From the NCBI GenBank assembly GCA_048268245.1, contig JBLWVX010000042.1, positions 1 to 18,249 on the forward strand: DNA of 18,249 nucleotides, read 5' to 3'. Every line of letters starts with the position of its first letter. The first letter of the stretch is position 1. Below are positions 1 to 8,338 of this stretch, one piece after another. This DNA comes from Arcobacteraceae bacterium. Lineage in GTDB: Bacteria > Campylobacterota > Campylobacteria > Campylobacterales > Arcobacteraceae. Both the position numbers and the translations under genes were made by a program. Under the pieces are notes generated by a model. That model had not been told where the DNA came from. It worked only from the letters and a program-made list of their open reading frames with translations, and did no database searches.

Positions 1-157
1 CACTTTTTATCTTTAATTTACCTTTTTATATTAATCTATTATTTTACATCTTTACTTCTTCTTCTAATTTATCCTATTTACTTTATCTTCACTTTACATG
101 CAACTGAAAAGTCATCATATATTTTTATAATGCTCTATTTTTAAATGAGGAGTTTAT

Positions 158-256
158 ATGAAATTGATTTATTTAATTTTGGAAGAAAGAGAATTAGAGT
201 TTATTGCTACAGATGAGAACTATGATTTATTAAGAACAAATATATTAAATATATGA
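158..256 (+). CDS. Putative small protein or 5' gene fragment (32 aa, MKLIYLILEERELEFIATDENYDLLRTNILNI)
   Basis: ATG at 158 preceded by GAGGAG (147-152) and a TATAAT (126-131); stop TGA at 254-256, 12 bp before the IS3 end. No recognisable family. Confidence 0.3.
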   Translation: MKLIYLILEERELEFIATDENYDLLRTNILNI

Positions 257-268
257 GTACAGGAAAAC

Positions 269-293
269 TGGAATGACCTCGAAAGTGTAGACA
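269..293 (-). repeat. IS3-family right terminal inverted repeat (partner not in window)
   Basis: TGGAATGACCTCGAAAGTGTAGACA on +: 5'-TG terminus and resemblance to IS3/IS150-type ends, 20 bp beyond the transposase stop. Confidence 0.65.
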
Positions 294-313
294 GTTTTTT
301 AATCAGTTAACAA

Positions 314-406
314 CTAATGTTTTGTAAGACTTTCATTGTATCTTTTCTCAAATTCATTTGGACTTATAAAACCTAAATAACTATGCTTACTTTTTGAATT
401 GTAATA
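314..406 (-). pseudogene. IS3-family transposase (OrfB, integrase core) C-terminal fragment
   Basis: YYNSKSKHSYLGFISPNEFE matches the IS3 OrfB tail pattern YN..R.HS.LGY.SP.EFE. The upstream part of the 314..523 ORF is only antisense IS256 sequence. Confidence 0.8.
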
Positions 407-407
407 C

Positions 408-432
408 GGGAGTGTTATAAATTCTGTGTCAA
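408..432 (+). repeat. IS256-family left terminal inverted repeat
   Basis: GGGAGTGTTATAAATTCTGTGTCAA versus the reverse complement of 1425-1449, GAGACCATTAAAAAATCTATGTCAA. Confidence 0.8.
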
Positions 433-460
433 TCTGATAAAATAGTATCAAGGATTGAGA

Positions 461-1404
461 ATGAAAGAAGAAACACAATTTGATTTTAATGAAGCTGTAC
501 AATAACTTTTGTCTGGTAAGCAAAGCAGTAGAAAATATGGAGTACTTGCTCCTTTAGTAAAACAATTAGTAGAAGAAGTTTTAGAAGCTGAAATAGAATT
601 TCATATAAAAGATGATGTATTCATCTAGAAATAGAAAGAATTGTAAAACCTCTAAAACTATTAACTCAGTAGATGGCACATTTGAGCTAAATACTCCAAG
701 AGATAGAAACGGTTCATTTGAGCCACAACTTATTAAAGATAAATCAAACTAGAATTTCAAATAAAATAATTATAAAGTAAAGCTTGACAAAGTAGACCAC
801 TTGAAGCAATATATCCATTCGTATGGTTAGATGCAATCCATTATAAAATCAAAGATGGTGGTAAATATATAATTAAAGCAGTTAAAGAGTATTGATGGTA
901 AAATAAGATATATAAATAGCATAAGTTGATGGATTAAAAAGCTTTCCAGAAGCAATAAAAACAATATATCCTAAAATTAGAATTACAATTATGTATTATT
1001 GTACATCAAATAAGAATTTCATTAAAGTATGTTGCTTCAAAAGATCAAAAAGAATTTATGAGAGATTTAAAGTATATCAAGAAACAAATAAAGATATAGC
1101 AGAAGAAGAACTTTTAAAACTTGATGATAAATGGAGTAAAAAATATCATATTCTCTTACAATCTTGTCATAATAAATGGAAAATTTATCTTACTATTTTA
1201 AATATCCAAAAGAGATTAGAAAAATTATGTATACAAGAAATATAATTGAATCAGTACATAGACAATTTAGGAGATTGGCTAAAACAAATGGAGCATTTCC
1301 AAATGAGAATTTACTTTTAAAATTATTATTTGTAATTGGAGTCTAACCCTCTCTCACTTAGCTATATTTTCGAGGGAAGATTAGACGATTTTTTAGAGGT
1401 GTAA
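461..1404 (+). pseudogene. IS256-family transposase pseudogene (stops, frameshifts, internal deletions)
   Basis: Motifs recovered across shifting frames: GVLAPLVKQLVEEVLEAEI, TPRDRNGSFEPQLI, RPLEAIYPFVWLDAIHYKIK, VDGLKSFPEAI, CIIVHQIR, YTRNIIESVHRQFRRLAKTNGAFPNE. In-frame TAA at codon 15; AGGA RBS at 451-454. Confidence 0.92.
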
Positions 1405-1424
1405 CTTTAGTTACAATTAGTTAC

Positions 1425-1449
1425 TTGACATAGATTTTTTAATGGTCTC
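1425..1449 (-). repeat. IS256-family right terminal inverted repeat
   Basis: TTGACATAGATTTTTTAATGGTCTC, inverted partner of 408-432. Confidence 0.8.
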
Positions 1450-1469
1450 GAGTTTAACTCTAGTCCCTT
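1450..1469 (-). terminator. Probable remnant of the ppi terminator hairpin, truncated by the IS256 end
   Basis: On the minus strand, AAGGGACTAGAGTT-A-AACTC begins 12 bp after the ppi stop. Dyad symmetry is perfect for 5 bp up to the IS boundary; beyond it the expected arm (TAGTCCCTT plus U tract) is replaced by IS sequence. Confidence 0.45.
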
Positions 1470-1481
1470 GTTTATTGAATA

Positions 1482-1994
1482 TTAGTTTCTTGCTTCTAAA
1501 ATTTCTATTGAAACAATTTTATCACCTTGGTGGATTGAATCTAGTGTTGCAAAGCTATTTACATCGTTTTCTTCAATTCCACCAAATACTGTATGTCTTC
1601 CATCTAAATGAGGACAAGGAACAAAACAAATAAAGAATTGGCTTCCACCTGTATTTGGTCCTGCGTGAGCCATAGATAAACTTCCTTTGTTATGTACTTG
1701 TTTATCTGCACTTGTTTCACACTCTATTGCCCAATCTGGTCCACCCATACCAGAACCTTCTGGACATCCACCTTGAGCCATGAAGTTATCAATAACTCTA
1801 TGGAAATTCAAATTATTATAAAAACCATCATTTGCCAATGTTGCAAAGTTTGCTACTGTATTTGGTGTTTCTTCATTAAATAGTTTTAACCAAATAACAC
1901 CATTTTCAGTAGTTACTTTAGCATAATTAAATTTTGACATTTCTTCTTGAGTATATTCATATTTTTTAAGTTCTTTTGATCCAAAACCAAACAT
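1482..1994 (-). CDS. Cyclophilin-type peptidyl-prolyl cis-trans isomerase
   Basis: FHRVIDNFMAQGGCP, GSLSMAHAGPNTGGSQFFI and HLDGRHTVFG cyclophilin motifs; AAGGA RBS. Confidence 0.97.
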   Translation of the reverse strand: MFGFGSKELKKYEYTQEEMSKFNYAKVTTENGVIWLKLFNEETPNTVANFATLANDGFYNNLNFHRVIDNFMAQGGCPEGSGMGGPDWAIECETSADKQVHNKGSLSMAHAGPNTGGSQFFICFVPCPHLDGRHTVFGGIEENDVNSFATLDSIHQGDKIVSIEILEARN

Positions 1995-2004
1995 TTTTAT
2001 CCTT

Positions 2005-3879
2005 TTATTTTTTATCTGAAATTATATCGTTTTTTGGTGTAAGATAGTTTAATTTAATTAAACTTTTAGTTACTTCTTTAAATACTGGAACAGCAGATTG
2101 TGAAGCATAATAATAGTACCAGTATTTTCCTGTTGAAATTGGATTCATTACAGTCACTCCTATTGTATATGCATTATTCTCATCTTCTACAAATCCAAAA
2201 AATGAAGATATATATTTTCTTAAGTATTTACCTTTTCTTGCAATCTGTGCTGTTCCTGTTTTTCCTGCAACCGTTAATCCATCAATTTGTGCAGCTCTTC
2301 CTGTTCCTTCTTCAACAGTTTTTATTAAAAGTCTTTTTATTTCATTTGCTGTTTTTTTAGATACAACTTTTTCAGGTTCTGAATTATAAGGTTTGTATTT
2401 GTTACCATCATGAATTAAATAATCAACAATTTTAGGTGTAATCATATATCCATCATTTTGAAAAACAGTATATGCTTTTATCATTTGCATAAATGTTGAA
2501 GTCATTCCTTGCCCATAAGATACAGTTGCTTTAAATACATTATCTTCTCCTGTATCATCACCTGCTGCAAATTGCCAAACTTTTGGCATAACACCTTCTT
2601 TTTCATATGGTAGATCAATACCTGTTTCTTTAGTTATTCCAAATTTTTTAAGTCCATTATAAAATTCTGGACCTGTTAATCTTTGAGCATACTTTAATGT
2701 ACCTATATTTGATGAGAAAATCATAATATCATCTAAAGTTAAATAGTGTTTTTTAAATCTATGGTCATCTTTAATAGTGTATTTTCCAAGTTTATATCTT
2801 CCCTTTGGATATTCACCTTTTTTGTTTGGTTTACCTTTTGTATTATGAGCAAATATTAATTCATCTTTTTTAATTCTACCTTTGTCCATTACAAGTGCAA
2901 TTGATATTGGTTTCAAAATTGAACCTGGCTCAAATTGATATTCAATTGCATTTACATTTAATGATGGAATATCACTTTGTTTAATATTTTCAGGATTAAA
3001 TCTATTTGATGATGCTAGTGTTAAAACCTTTCCTGTTTTACTTTCAACAATAGATACAATTATCTCATCTGCTCCTAGTTTTTCTTTATATAAGTCTAAA
3101 GTAAGCTCTATATTTTTTTGCAGTTTTAATGGAATATTTAATTTAAGTGTAGCTCCATCAATTCTTTTTCTAATAATGGAGTTATTATCAAATGATATAT
3201 ATGATAAAACATCTCTATTACCTTTTAAAACTCCATCTTTTGATTCATTTAGAACTTTATTGTAACTTCTTTCTAGTCCTTTTATTCCTTTTACTCTTGT
3301 TTTACCTTTTTCACTTTCAAATTTTCTTACATATCCAATTACTGGTGTTAAAGTATCTTCATATGAGAAAAGTCTTTTTTCTCCACTCTCTACAATACTT
3401 AGTCCTCTTAATACTTTCCCACCACTAACTTTTCTTGAAATAAATACATCAAGTTTTCTTAATTTGAATGCTAATTCTTTCAGGTTTTTTGCTGTCCTTG
3501 AATCAACATTATATGATAATACTAAGTAACCAGGTGTTTTATCATTTTCTAGTTTTGCTTTCAATTTTGAATAAGAGATGCCACTATAAATTGAAAATAG
3601 TTGTAAAAATAGTTCCTTTTTGCCTTCTGCTAAATGTCTTGTATCAATTGAAGCTTTATATAGTTTTTTTGATGATGCAATCTTAAAATTATCAGCACTT
3701 ATTATATCTCCTCTTACAGATAATTCTTTCTTTTCACTTTGTAAAGTTGGTAATCTCCTATAATCAGAAATAGTTTTTGATACTGATAAAAGAAGTATTA
3801 ATAAAAAGAAAAAGATCAGCATAAATAAAATTGCAATTTTTTTAGTTTTATTAATTTTTTCGGTATTGTTTGAAGACAT
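2005..3879 (-). CDS. ftsI: Class B penicillin-binding protein, FtsI/PBP3-type transpeptidase
   Basis: N-terminal TM helix, RGDIISAD, GIKGLERSYN, EPGSILK (SxxK), SSN (SxN), KTGTAQ. Start moved to MSSNN (3879), which has a GGA RBS and avoids overlap with ftsW. Confidence 0.9.
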   Translation of the reverse strand: MSSNNTEKINKTKKIAILFMLIFFFLLILLLSVSKTISDYRRLPTLQSEKKELSVRGDIISADNFKIASSKKLYKASIDTRHLAEGKKELFLQLFSIYSGISYSKLKAKLENDKTPGYLVLSYNVDSRTAKNLKELAFKLRKLDVFISRKVSGGKVLRGLSIVESGEKRLFSYEDTLTPVIGYVRKFESEKGKTRVKGIKGLERSYNKVLNESKDGVLKGNRDVLSYISFDNNSIIRKRIDGATLKLNIPLKLQKNIELTLDLYKEKLGADEIIVSIVESKTGKVLTLASSNRFNPENIKQSDIPSLNVNAIEYQFEPGSILKPISIALVMDKGRIKKDELIFAHNTKGKPNKKGEYPKGRYKLGKYTIKDDHRFKKHYLTLDDIMIFSSNIGTLKYAQRLTGPEFYNGLKKFGITKETGIDLPYEKEGVMPKVWQFAAGDDTGEDNVFKATVSYGQGMTSTFMQMIKAYTVFQNDGYMITPKIVDYLIHDGNKYKPYNSEPEKVVSKKTANEIKRLLIKTVEEGTGRAAQIDGLTVAGKTGTAQIARKGKYLRKYISSFFGFVEDENNAYTIGVTVMNPISTGKYWYYYYASQSAVPVFKEVTKSLIKLNYLTPKNDIISDKK

Positions 3880-3891
3880 ATTTATCCATAA

Positions 3892-3920
3892 TATTATATA
3901 ATAGAGTATGTATTCTAACA
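3892..3920. promoter_or_regulatory. Putative divergent sigma70 promoters for ftsW and ftsI
   Basis: Palindrome TATTATATAATA (3892-3903) gives TATAAT on both strands; extended -10 TGTTAGAAT on the minus strand at 3920-3912. Confidence 0.45.
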
Positions 3921-5158
3921 AAATAAATATTAAATCACGACAAAAAAAAATTAATAATGTTAATGCAGATTATCCACTTTTCATTTTAGTGTCTTTATTG
4001 ATTATTACTAGTATTATATTTTCATACTCTTTAACTATTTATACAGTTGAATTTTATGGTTATAATCAATTTCATTTTTTTATAAGACAATTATTTGTAG
4101 GTATTATTGGAATTTTATTAATGTGGGGTTGTTCTTTGATTGACCCTGATAAATTAATAAATAAAGTGGGTATGACACTATTTATAAGTTTTTTTATTCT
4201 TATGGCTATAATGCCTATTTTGCCTGCTTCTATGGTAACAGCTTCTGGTGGAGCAAATAGATGGATAAGGTTACCTGGGTTTTCTTTATCACCTGTAGAG
4301 TTTTTTAAAATAGGATTTATATACTTTTTATCTTGGTCTTTTCATAGAAAAGTTATTGATCAGCCTAAAAAAATTGGATTAAAAGATGAAGCTTTACTTT
4401 TGGCTCCTTATTTTCTTACTTTTTTTATTGTTGTATTTATTGTCGCTTTTTTACAAAAAGATTTAGGTCAAGTTGTTTTGCTTGGAGTTATATTAGTAGT
4501 TCTTCTTATTTTTGCAAATAGGTCTTTTAAAATATTTGTACTTTTAGGTGGTGTTGCATTAATGGGACTTATTGGACTTATTTTAGCAGCTCCTCATAGA
4601 ATACAAAGAATCTATTCTTGGTGGGCAATGGTTCAAGATGGAATATTATCTGTAATGCCTTCTTGGGCAGAGAAGTATTTACGAATTGATGAATTACCAG
4701 AACCCTATCAAGTATCTCATTCACTAAATGCAATGCATAATGGAGGATTCTTTGGTCAAGGTATATCAAATGGTGATTTAAAATTAGGTTTTTTATCTGA
4801 AGTTCATACAGATTTTGTATTAGCAGGAATGACAGAAGAGATAGGTTTAATTGGATTACTTATAATAGTTAGTTTAATGTTTATTATTGTTTGGAGAATT
4901 TTTAAAATAAGTAGACGTGTTAGAAACCCTATTTATCATTTATTTACTTTAGGTGTAGCACTTATGATTATTATTGCATTTTTGATTAATTCATACGGAA
5001 TTTCAGGAATGATACCAATTAAAGGTATTGCTGTACCATTTCTTTCTTATGGTGGTTCATCAATGCTTGCTATTTGTTTAGCAATGGGACTTGTATTATC
5101 TATAAGTAGAGTTGTTGAAAAAGAAGATATTAAAAAAAGAAAGGTAAAAAATAAATGA
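3908..5158 (+). CDS. ftsW: SEDS-family peptidoglycan glycosyltransferase FtsW
   Basis: Multi-TM protein with GANRWI, SPVEFFK, QKDLGQ, LSEVHTDF and PFLSYGGSS motifs; directly upstream of murG. Confidence 0.93.
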   Translation: MYSNKINIKSRQKKINNVNADYPLFILVSLLIITSIIFSYSLTIYTVEFYGYNQFHFFIRQLFVGIIGILLMWGCSLIDPDKLINKVGMTLFISFFILMAIMPILPASMVTASGGANRWIRLPGFSLSPVEFFKIGFIYFLSWSFHRKVIDQPKKIGLKDEALLLAPYFLTFFIVVFIVAFLQKDLGQVVLLGVILVVLLIFANRSFKIFVLLGGVALMGLIGLILAAPHRIQRIYSWWAMVQDGILSVMPSWAEKYLRIDELPEPYQVSHSLNAMHNGGFFGQGISNGDLKLGFLSEVHTDFVLAGMTEEIGLIGLLIIVSLMFIIVWRIFKISRRVRNPIYHLFTLGVALMIIIAFLINSYGISGMIPIKGIAVPFLSYGGSSMLAICLAMGLVLSISRVVEKEDIKKRKVKNK

Positions 5159-6180
5159 GTAAATATATAGTTGTTACAGGAGGTGGTACGGGTGGCCATT
5201 TAAAAGTAGCAGATGCATTTATTGATGAACTTAATAAAAAAGGTTTAAAAGTTATATTTATTGGCTCAACAAATGGACAAGATAAGCTTTGGTTTGAAAA
5301 TGATAATAGAATAGAAAAGAAAATATTTTTAGATACAAGAGGTGTTGTAAATAAAAAAGGTCTAGGAAAGCTTCTATCTTTATTTAATATTTTAAAAAAG
5401 ACATTTTATTGTTTAGGAATTTATTATAAATATAGTATTACAAAAGTTATATCAGTAGGAGGTTTCTCAGCTGCACCTGCTACATTTGCTTCAATATTTA
5501 AACCTTTTTGTAAACTTTTTATTCATGAGCAAAACTCTAAAATGGGTAAATTAAATGAAATAACTTCAAAATTTGCAAATACTGTTTACTCTTCTTTTCA
5601 TGACATCTCACCTATTAAAGATTATCCAGTTTCACAAGAGTTTTTTGACAAAGCTAGAATTAGAAATGAAATTAAAACTATTGCTTTTTTTGGTGGTTCT
5701 CAAGGTGCTGTTGCTATAAATGATTTTGCCTTAAAATTAACACCTTTATTATTAGATAAGGGAATGAAAGTTATTCATCAAACTGGTAAAAATGATTTTA
5801 AAAGAGTAAAAGAATTTTATGAAAAAAATGATTTAGATGTAGATGTTTTTGATTTTACTAGAGATATAATTTCTAAGATGAATGAAGCTGACTTTGTTAT
5901 AAGTAGAGCAGGGGCTTCAACTCTTTGGGAAATGTGCGCTAATAATCTTCCCGCATATTTTGTTCCTTATAAGTATGCTGCTGAAAATCATCAGTATTTT
6001 AATGCAAAAGATTTAGAGAGTAAAAAAATGGCATATATATGTAATGAAGATGATTTAAATGAAAAAGAGTTTATAAAAGTTTTAGAGAGTATTGATATAA
6101 AAGAAATAAGCAAAAGGCTTAAAGAGTCAATTAAACCTAATGCTGTAGAAAATATTATAAATAATATTATACAAAAATAG
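5155..6180 (+). CDS. murG: Lipid II synthase MurG (GlcNAc transferase)
   Basis: GGGTGGH, HEQN, GGSQGA, HQTG, SRAGAST and HQYFNA motifs; ATGA overlap with ftsW. Confidence 0.97.
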   Translation: MSKYIVVTGGGTGGHLKVADAFIDELNKKGLKVIFIGSTNGQDKLWFENDNRIEKKIFLDTRGVVNKKGLGKLLSLFNILKKTFYCLGIYYKYSITKVISVGGFSAAPATFASIFKPFCKLFIHEQNSKMGKLNEITSKFANTVYSSFHDISPIKDYPVSQEFFDKARIRNEIKTIAFFGGSQGAVAINDFALKLTPLLLDKGMKVIHQTGKNDFKRVKEFYEKNDLDVDVFDFTRDIISKMNEADFVISRAGASTLWEMCANNLPAYFVPYKYAAENHQYFNAKDLESKKMAYICNEDDLNEKEFIKVLESIDIKEISKRLKESIKPNAVENIINNIIQK

Positions 6181-6937
6181 TTAAAAGTATGATTCCAAAT
6201 AGAATTCTATAAATACCAAAAGCAACAAAAGTAAAGTTTTCTAAAAATTTAATAAAAAGTTTTATTGCTAGGTATGCTACTACAAATGAAACTACAAAAC
6301 CAACAACTAAATTTAGTATATTGCCTGCTGCAAATAGTTCTTCATGATGTTTAAGTAAGTCATATCCTGTTGTAGCACACATAACAGGAAAAGCCAAAAG
6401 AAATGAAAACTCAGCACTTGCTTTTCTGTTTAACTTTACTAACATTGCACCAATAATAGACGAACCTGCTCTACTTGTACCTGGTATTAAAGCAAAAATT
6501 TGTGCAATACCTATCCACATTGCTTGCTTATAAGTGACATCTTCTACATCATATGTATGTGTTTCATTTTCATCATAGAATTTTTCTACTAATAAAAATA
6601 TAATACCACCAATAATAAACATCCATGCTACTATTTCAACTGAAAACATTGCTTTTACTTGATCTGAGAATATAAAACCAATTATTGCTATTGGTAAGAA
6701 AGAAATAAGTACTTTTGTCCATAAACTTACATGTGAAAATGTAAATTTAGATGGATAGTTTAATACAACAGCTAAAATAGCTGCAAATTGTATGATAACT
6801 TCAAATGCTTTATTTAAATTAGATTGCTCCAAACCTAAAAATTCACTTGCTACAATTAAGTGACCTGTTGATGAGATTGGTAAGAATTCTGTTAACCCTT
6901 CAATGATACCTAATATGACAGTATCTAATACATCCAT
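6167..6937 (-). CDS. uppP: Undecaprenyl-diphosphate phosphatase (BacA/UppP)
   Basis: [30 protein letters not shown] and FGIYR motifs. Confidence 0.97.
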   Translation of the reverse strand: MDVLDTVILGIIEGLTEFLPISSTGHLIVASEFLGLEQSNLNKAFEVIIQFAAILAVVLNYPSKFTFSHVSLWTKVLISFLPIAIIGFIFSDQVKAMFSVEIVAWMFIIGGIIFLLVEKFYDENETHTYDVEDVTYKQAMWIGIAQIFALIPGTSRAGSSIIGAMLVKLNRKASAEFSFLLAFPVMCATTGYDLLKHHEELFAAGNILNLVVGFVVSFVVAYLAIKLFIKFLENFTFVAFGIYRILFGIILLTIFV

Positions 6938-7597
6938 TTATAAACCTTTTTCTTTTGTAAGTTTTAAAAAGAGTTTTAATGCTCTTTTTTCTTTTATGTT
7001 TAATTCATAGTCAATTTTATCTAAATAATCTAAAATATTTCTTGTTGAAATGCCACTTCTTTTTGCATACTCTTTTAAAATATATTGTGGTATTTTTATT
7101 TTTCTTTTATTAAAGTTTTTTGTAATCTTAGTTAATAGCTTTTTATTTGAGTTAAAACATAAAACTGCAAAAACAAAAGGTAAATTATATTTATCTTTCC
7201 AAGTTTTTGCTAAATCTATAAAGTTTTTATTTTCACTGTTATGATAATATTTTAAAGCCTTGTCCCCAATGATTACTTTTCCATCAAGTTCTAAAACCTT
7301 TGCTAATGCATTTGAAGTATCACTTTGATAATCTTTTTCATACTCACCTGGAACTAGTAAAACTGATAGTACTTCATCTTTTGCAACAATTCCTAAATTA
7401 AATTTCTTTTCATTTCTTGAAGCTATTGATGAAATAAAGGCAGCATCAACTTCTCTTTTTTTAAATTTTTTATTTATTGCAGAAGGGTATGATTTTTTAT
7501 AATTTATTATAGATTTAATTTGATTAGATTTAATATTTTTTTTTATATAAATATTAAAAGGTAATAGATTTATGAAATCAATTTTTGCAAATATCAT
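6938..7597 (-). CDS. mqnA: Futalosine-pathway menaquinone biosynthesis protein, MqnA (chorismate dehydratase)-like
   Basis: KIDFINLLPF N-terminus, P...N....DAAFISS, VLSV, SDTSNAL, IIGDKAL and DLAKTW....LPFVFA follow the MqnA/MqnD-family pattern of Campylobacterota. Confidence 0.82.
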   Translation of the reverse strand: MIFAKIDFINLLPFNIYIKKNIKSNQIKSIINYKKSYPSAINKKFKKREVDAAFISSIASRNEKKFNLGIVAKDEVLSVLLVPGEYEKDYQSDTSNALAKVLELDGKVIIGDKALKYYHNSENKNFIDLAKTWKDKYNLPFVFAVLCFNSNKKLLTKITKNFNKRKIKIPQYILKEYAKRSGISTRNILDYLDKIDYELNIKEKRALKLFLKLTKEKGL

Positions 7598-7630
7598 TTG
7601 ATTTGAGTCATCCTATTATTAAATTTAATT

Positions 7631-7640
7631 TGTTATAATA
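7631..7640. promoter_or_regulatory. Putative overlapping -10 elements for moaD (+) and mqnA (-)
   Basis: Extended -10 TGTTATAAT on + (7631-7639); TATTAT on - (7640-7635), in the 70-bp divergent spacer. Confidence 0.45.
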
Positions 7641-7667
7641 CTCAAAAATATGTAAAAAGGGGTTAAA

Positions 7668-7889
7668 GTGGTAAAGGTAGAATTTTTAGGACCTATTAAT
7701 AAAGACTCATTAGAACTTGATATAAATAATCTTTCACAATTAAGTGATATATTAAAAAATGATGAGCAAGTATCTACTTGGTTAGAAACATGTGCAGTTG
7801 CGATTAATGATACTTTAGTATCAAGTAAAGATGTAAGTTTAAATGATGGAGATAAAATCTCTTTATTGCCTCCTGTTTGTGGGGGATAA
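7668..7889 (+). CDS. moaD: Molybdopterin synthase sulfur carrier subunit
   Basis: 73-aa ubiquitin-like protein ending LPPVCGG; GTG start with AAGGGG RBS; adjacent to moaE. Confidence 0.93.
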   Translation: MVKVEFLGPINKDSLELDINNLSQLSDILKNDEQVSTWLETCAVAINDTLVSSKDVSLNDGDKISLLPPVCGG

Positions 7890-7891
7890 AA

Positions 7892-8338
7892 ATGAATGAT
7901 AAACTTATTTTATGTGAAGGCCCATTAAATCCAAATGACATCAATGCCAAATGGTATGATGAATTTAAAGAATCAAACTATGGAGCTATCATAACTTTTG
8001 TTGGAGTTGTAAGAGATGAAAATAGTATAGATGGTTTATCTTTTGATATTTATGAACCAATTTTAAAATCATGGTTTGAATCTTGGCAACAAAAAGCAAA
8101 TGAAAAAAATGCAATAGTACTAATGGCACATTCAAAAGGTGATGTTTTAAATCATGAAAGTTCATATATTGCAGCTGTTTGTTCTCCTAAAAGAAGAGTT
8201 GCATTAGAGATGATAGATGAATTTGTTGAAGATTTTAAAGCACAAGCTCCAATTTGGAAATATGATATTTTAAATGGTCAAAGAGTATATGCTAAAGACA
8301 GAAGTACAGCTATTAGTGGTGCAGGAATTTTAAACTAA
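7892..8338 (+). CDS. moaE: Molybdopterin synthase catalytic subunit
   Basis: GAIITFVGVVR, IYEP and KAQAPIWK motifs. Start set at ATG 7892, 2 bp after the moaD stop, with GGGGGA as RBS. Confidence 0.95.
   Translation: MNDKLILCEGPLNPNDINAKWYDEFKESNYGAIITFVGVVRDENSIDGLSFDIYEPILKSWFESWQQKANEKNAIVLMAHSKGDVLNHESSYIAAVCSPKRRVALEMIDEFVEDFKAQAPIWKYDILNGQRVYAKDRSTAISGAGILN

Larger units (their letters stand above)
269..407 (-). mobile_element. IS3-family insertion sequence remnant (right end only)
   Basis: The minus strand encodes an IS3 OrfB-like C-terminus and ends in TGTCTACACTTTCGAGGTCATTCCA, an IS3-type terminus ending in CA. The resemblance stops at the IS256 left end (408). Confidence 0.8.
408..1449 (+). 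mobile_element. Degenerate IS256-family insertion sequence (1042 bp, internally deleted)
   Basis: Imperfect 25-bp terminal inverted repeats (18/25 match by manual alignment) bracket a disrupted IS256/Mutator-type transposase. No target-site duplication is visible. Confidence 0.9.

Noticed and set aside
254..256. TGA of the small ORF as a selenocysteine or readthrough codon
   Set aside because: No convincing SECIS-like hairpin follows, there is no redox motif context, and the downstream frame runs into IS3 terminal sequence.
314..523. 69-aa minus-strand ORF as an intact gene
   Set aside because: It is a chimera: only 314-406 is IS3 transposase tail; the rest is antisense IS256 left-end sequence.
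991..1245. 84-aa ORF as an independent gene
   Set aside because: It is one frame segment of the frameshifted IS256 transposase.
1425..1455. Outward-facing TTGACA in the IS256 IRs (also 432-427 on minus) as hybrid promoters
   Set aside because: No acceptable -10 hexamer at 16-18 bp spacing on either side.
3880..3921. Longer ftsI start (MLEYIL…) from the ORF track
   Set aside because: It would overlap the ftsW start head-to-head; the ATG at 3879 has a GGA RBS and gives a normal cytoplasmic tail before the TM helix.
3942..3950. A9 tract in ftsW (also T9 in mqnA, A8 in hisK) as phase-variation sites
   Set aside because: A/T runs of this length are expected in such AT-rich DNA, the frames are intact, and Campylobacterota contingency loci are typically poly-G/C.
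7594..7611. Mini-ORF MTQIK* overlapping the mqnA start (ATGA) as a leader peptide
   Set aside because: It has no SD of its own (the AGGA overlaps its ATG) and five codons arise easily by chance.
7877..7891. Upstream TTG start for moaE (MWGIK…)
   Set aside because: It lies inside moaD; the ATG at 7892 has a proper SD.
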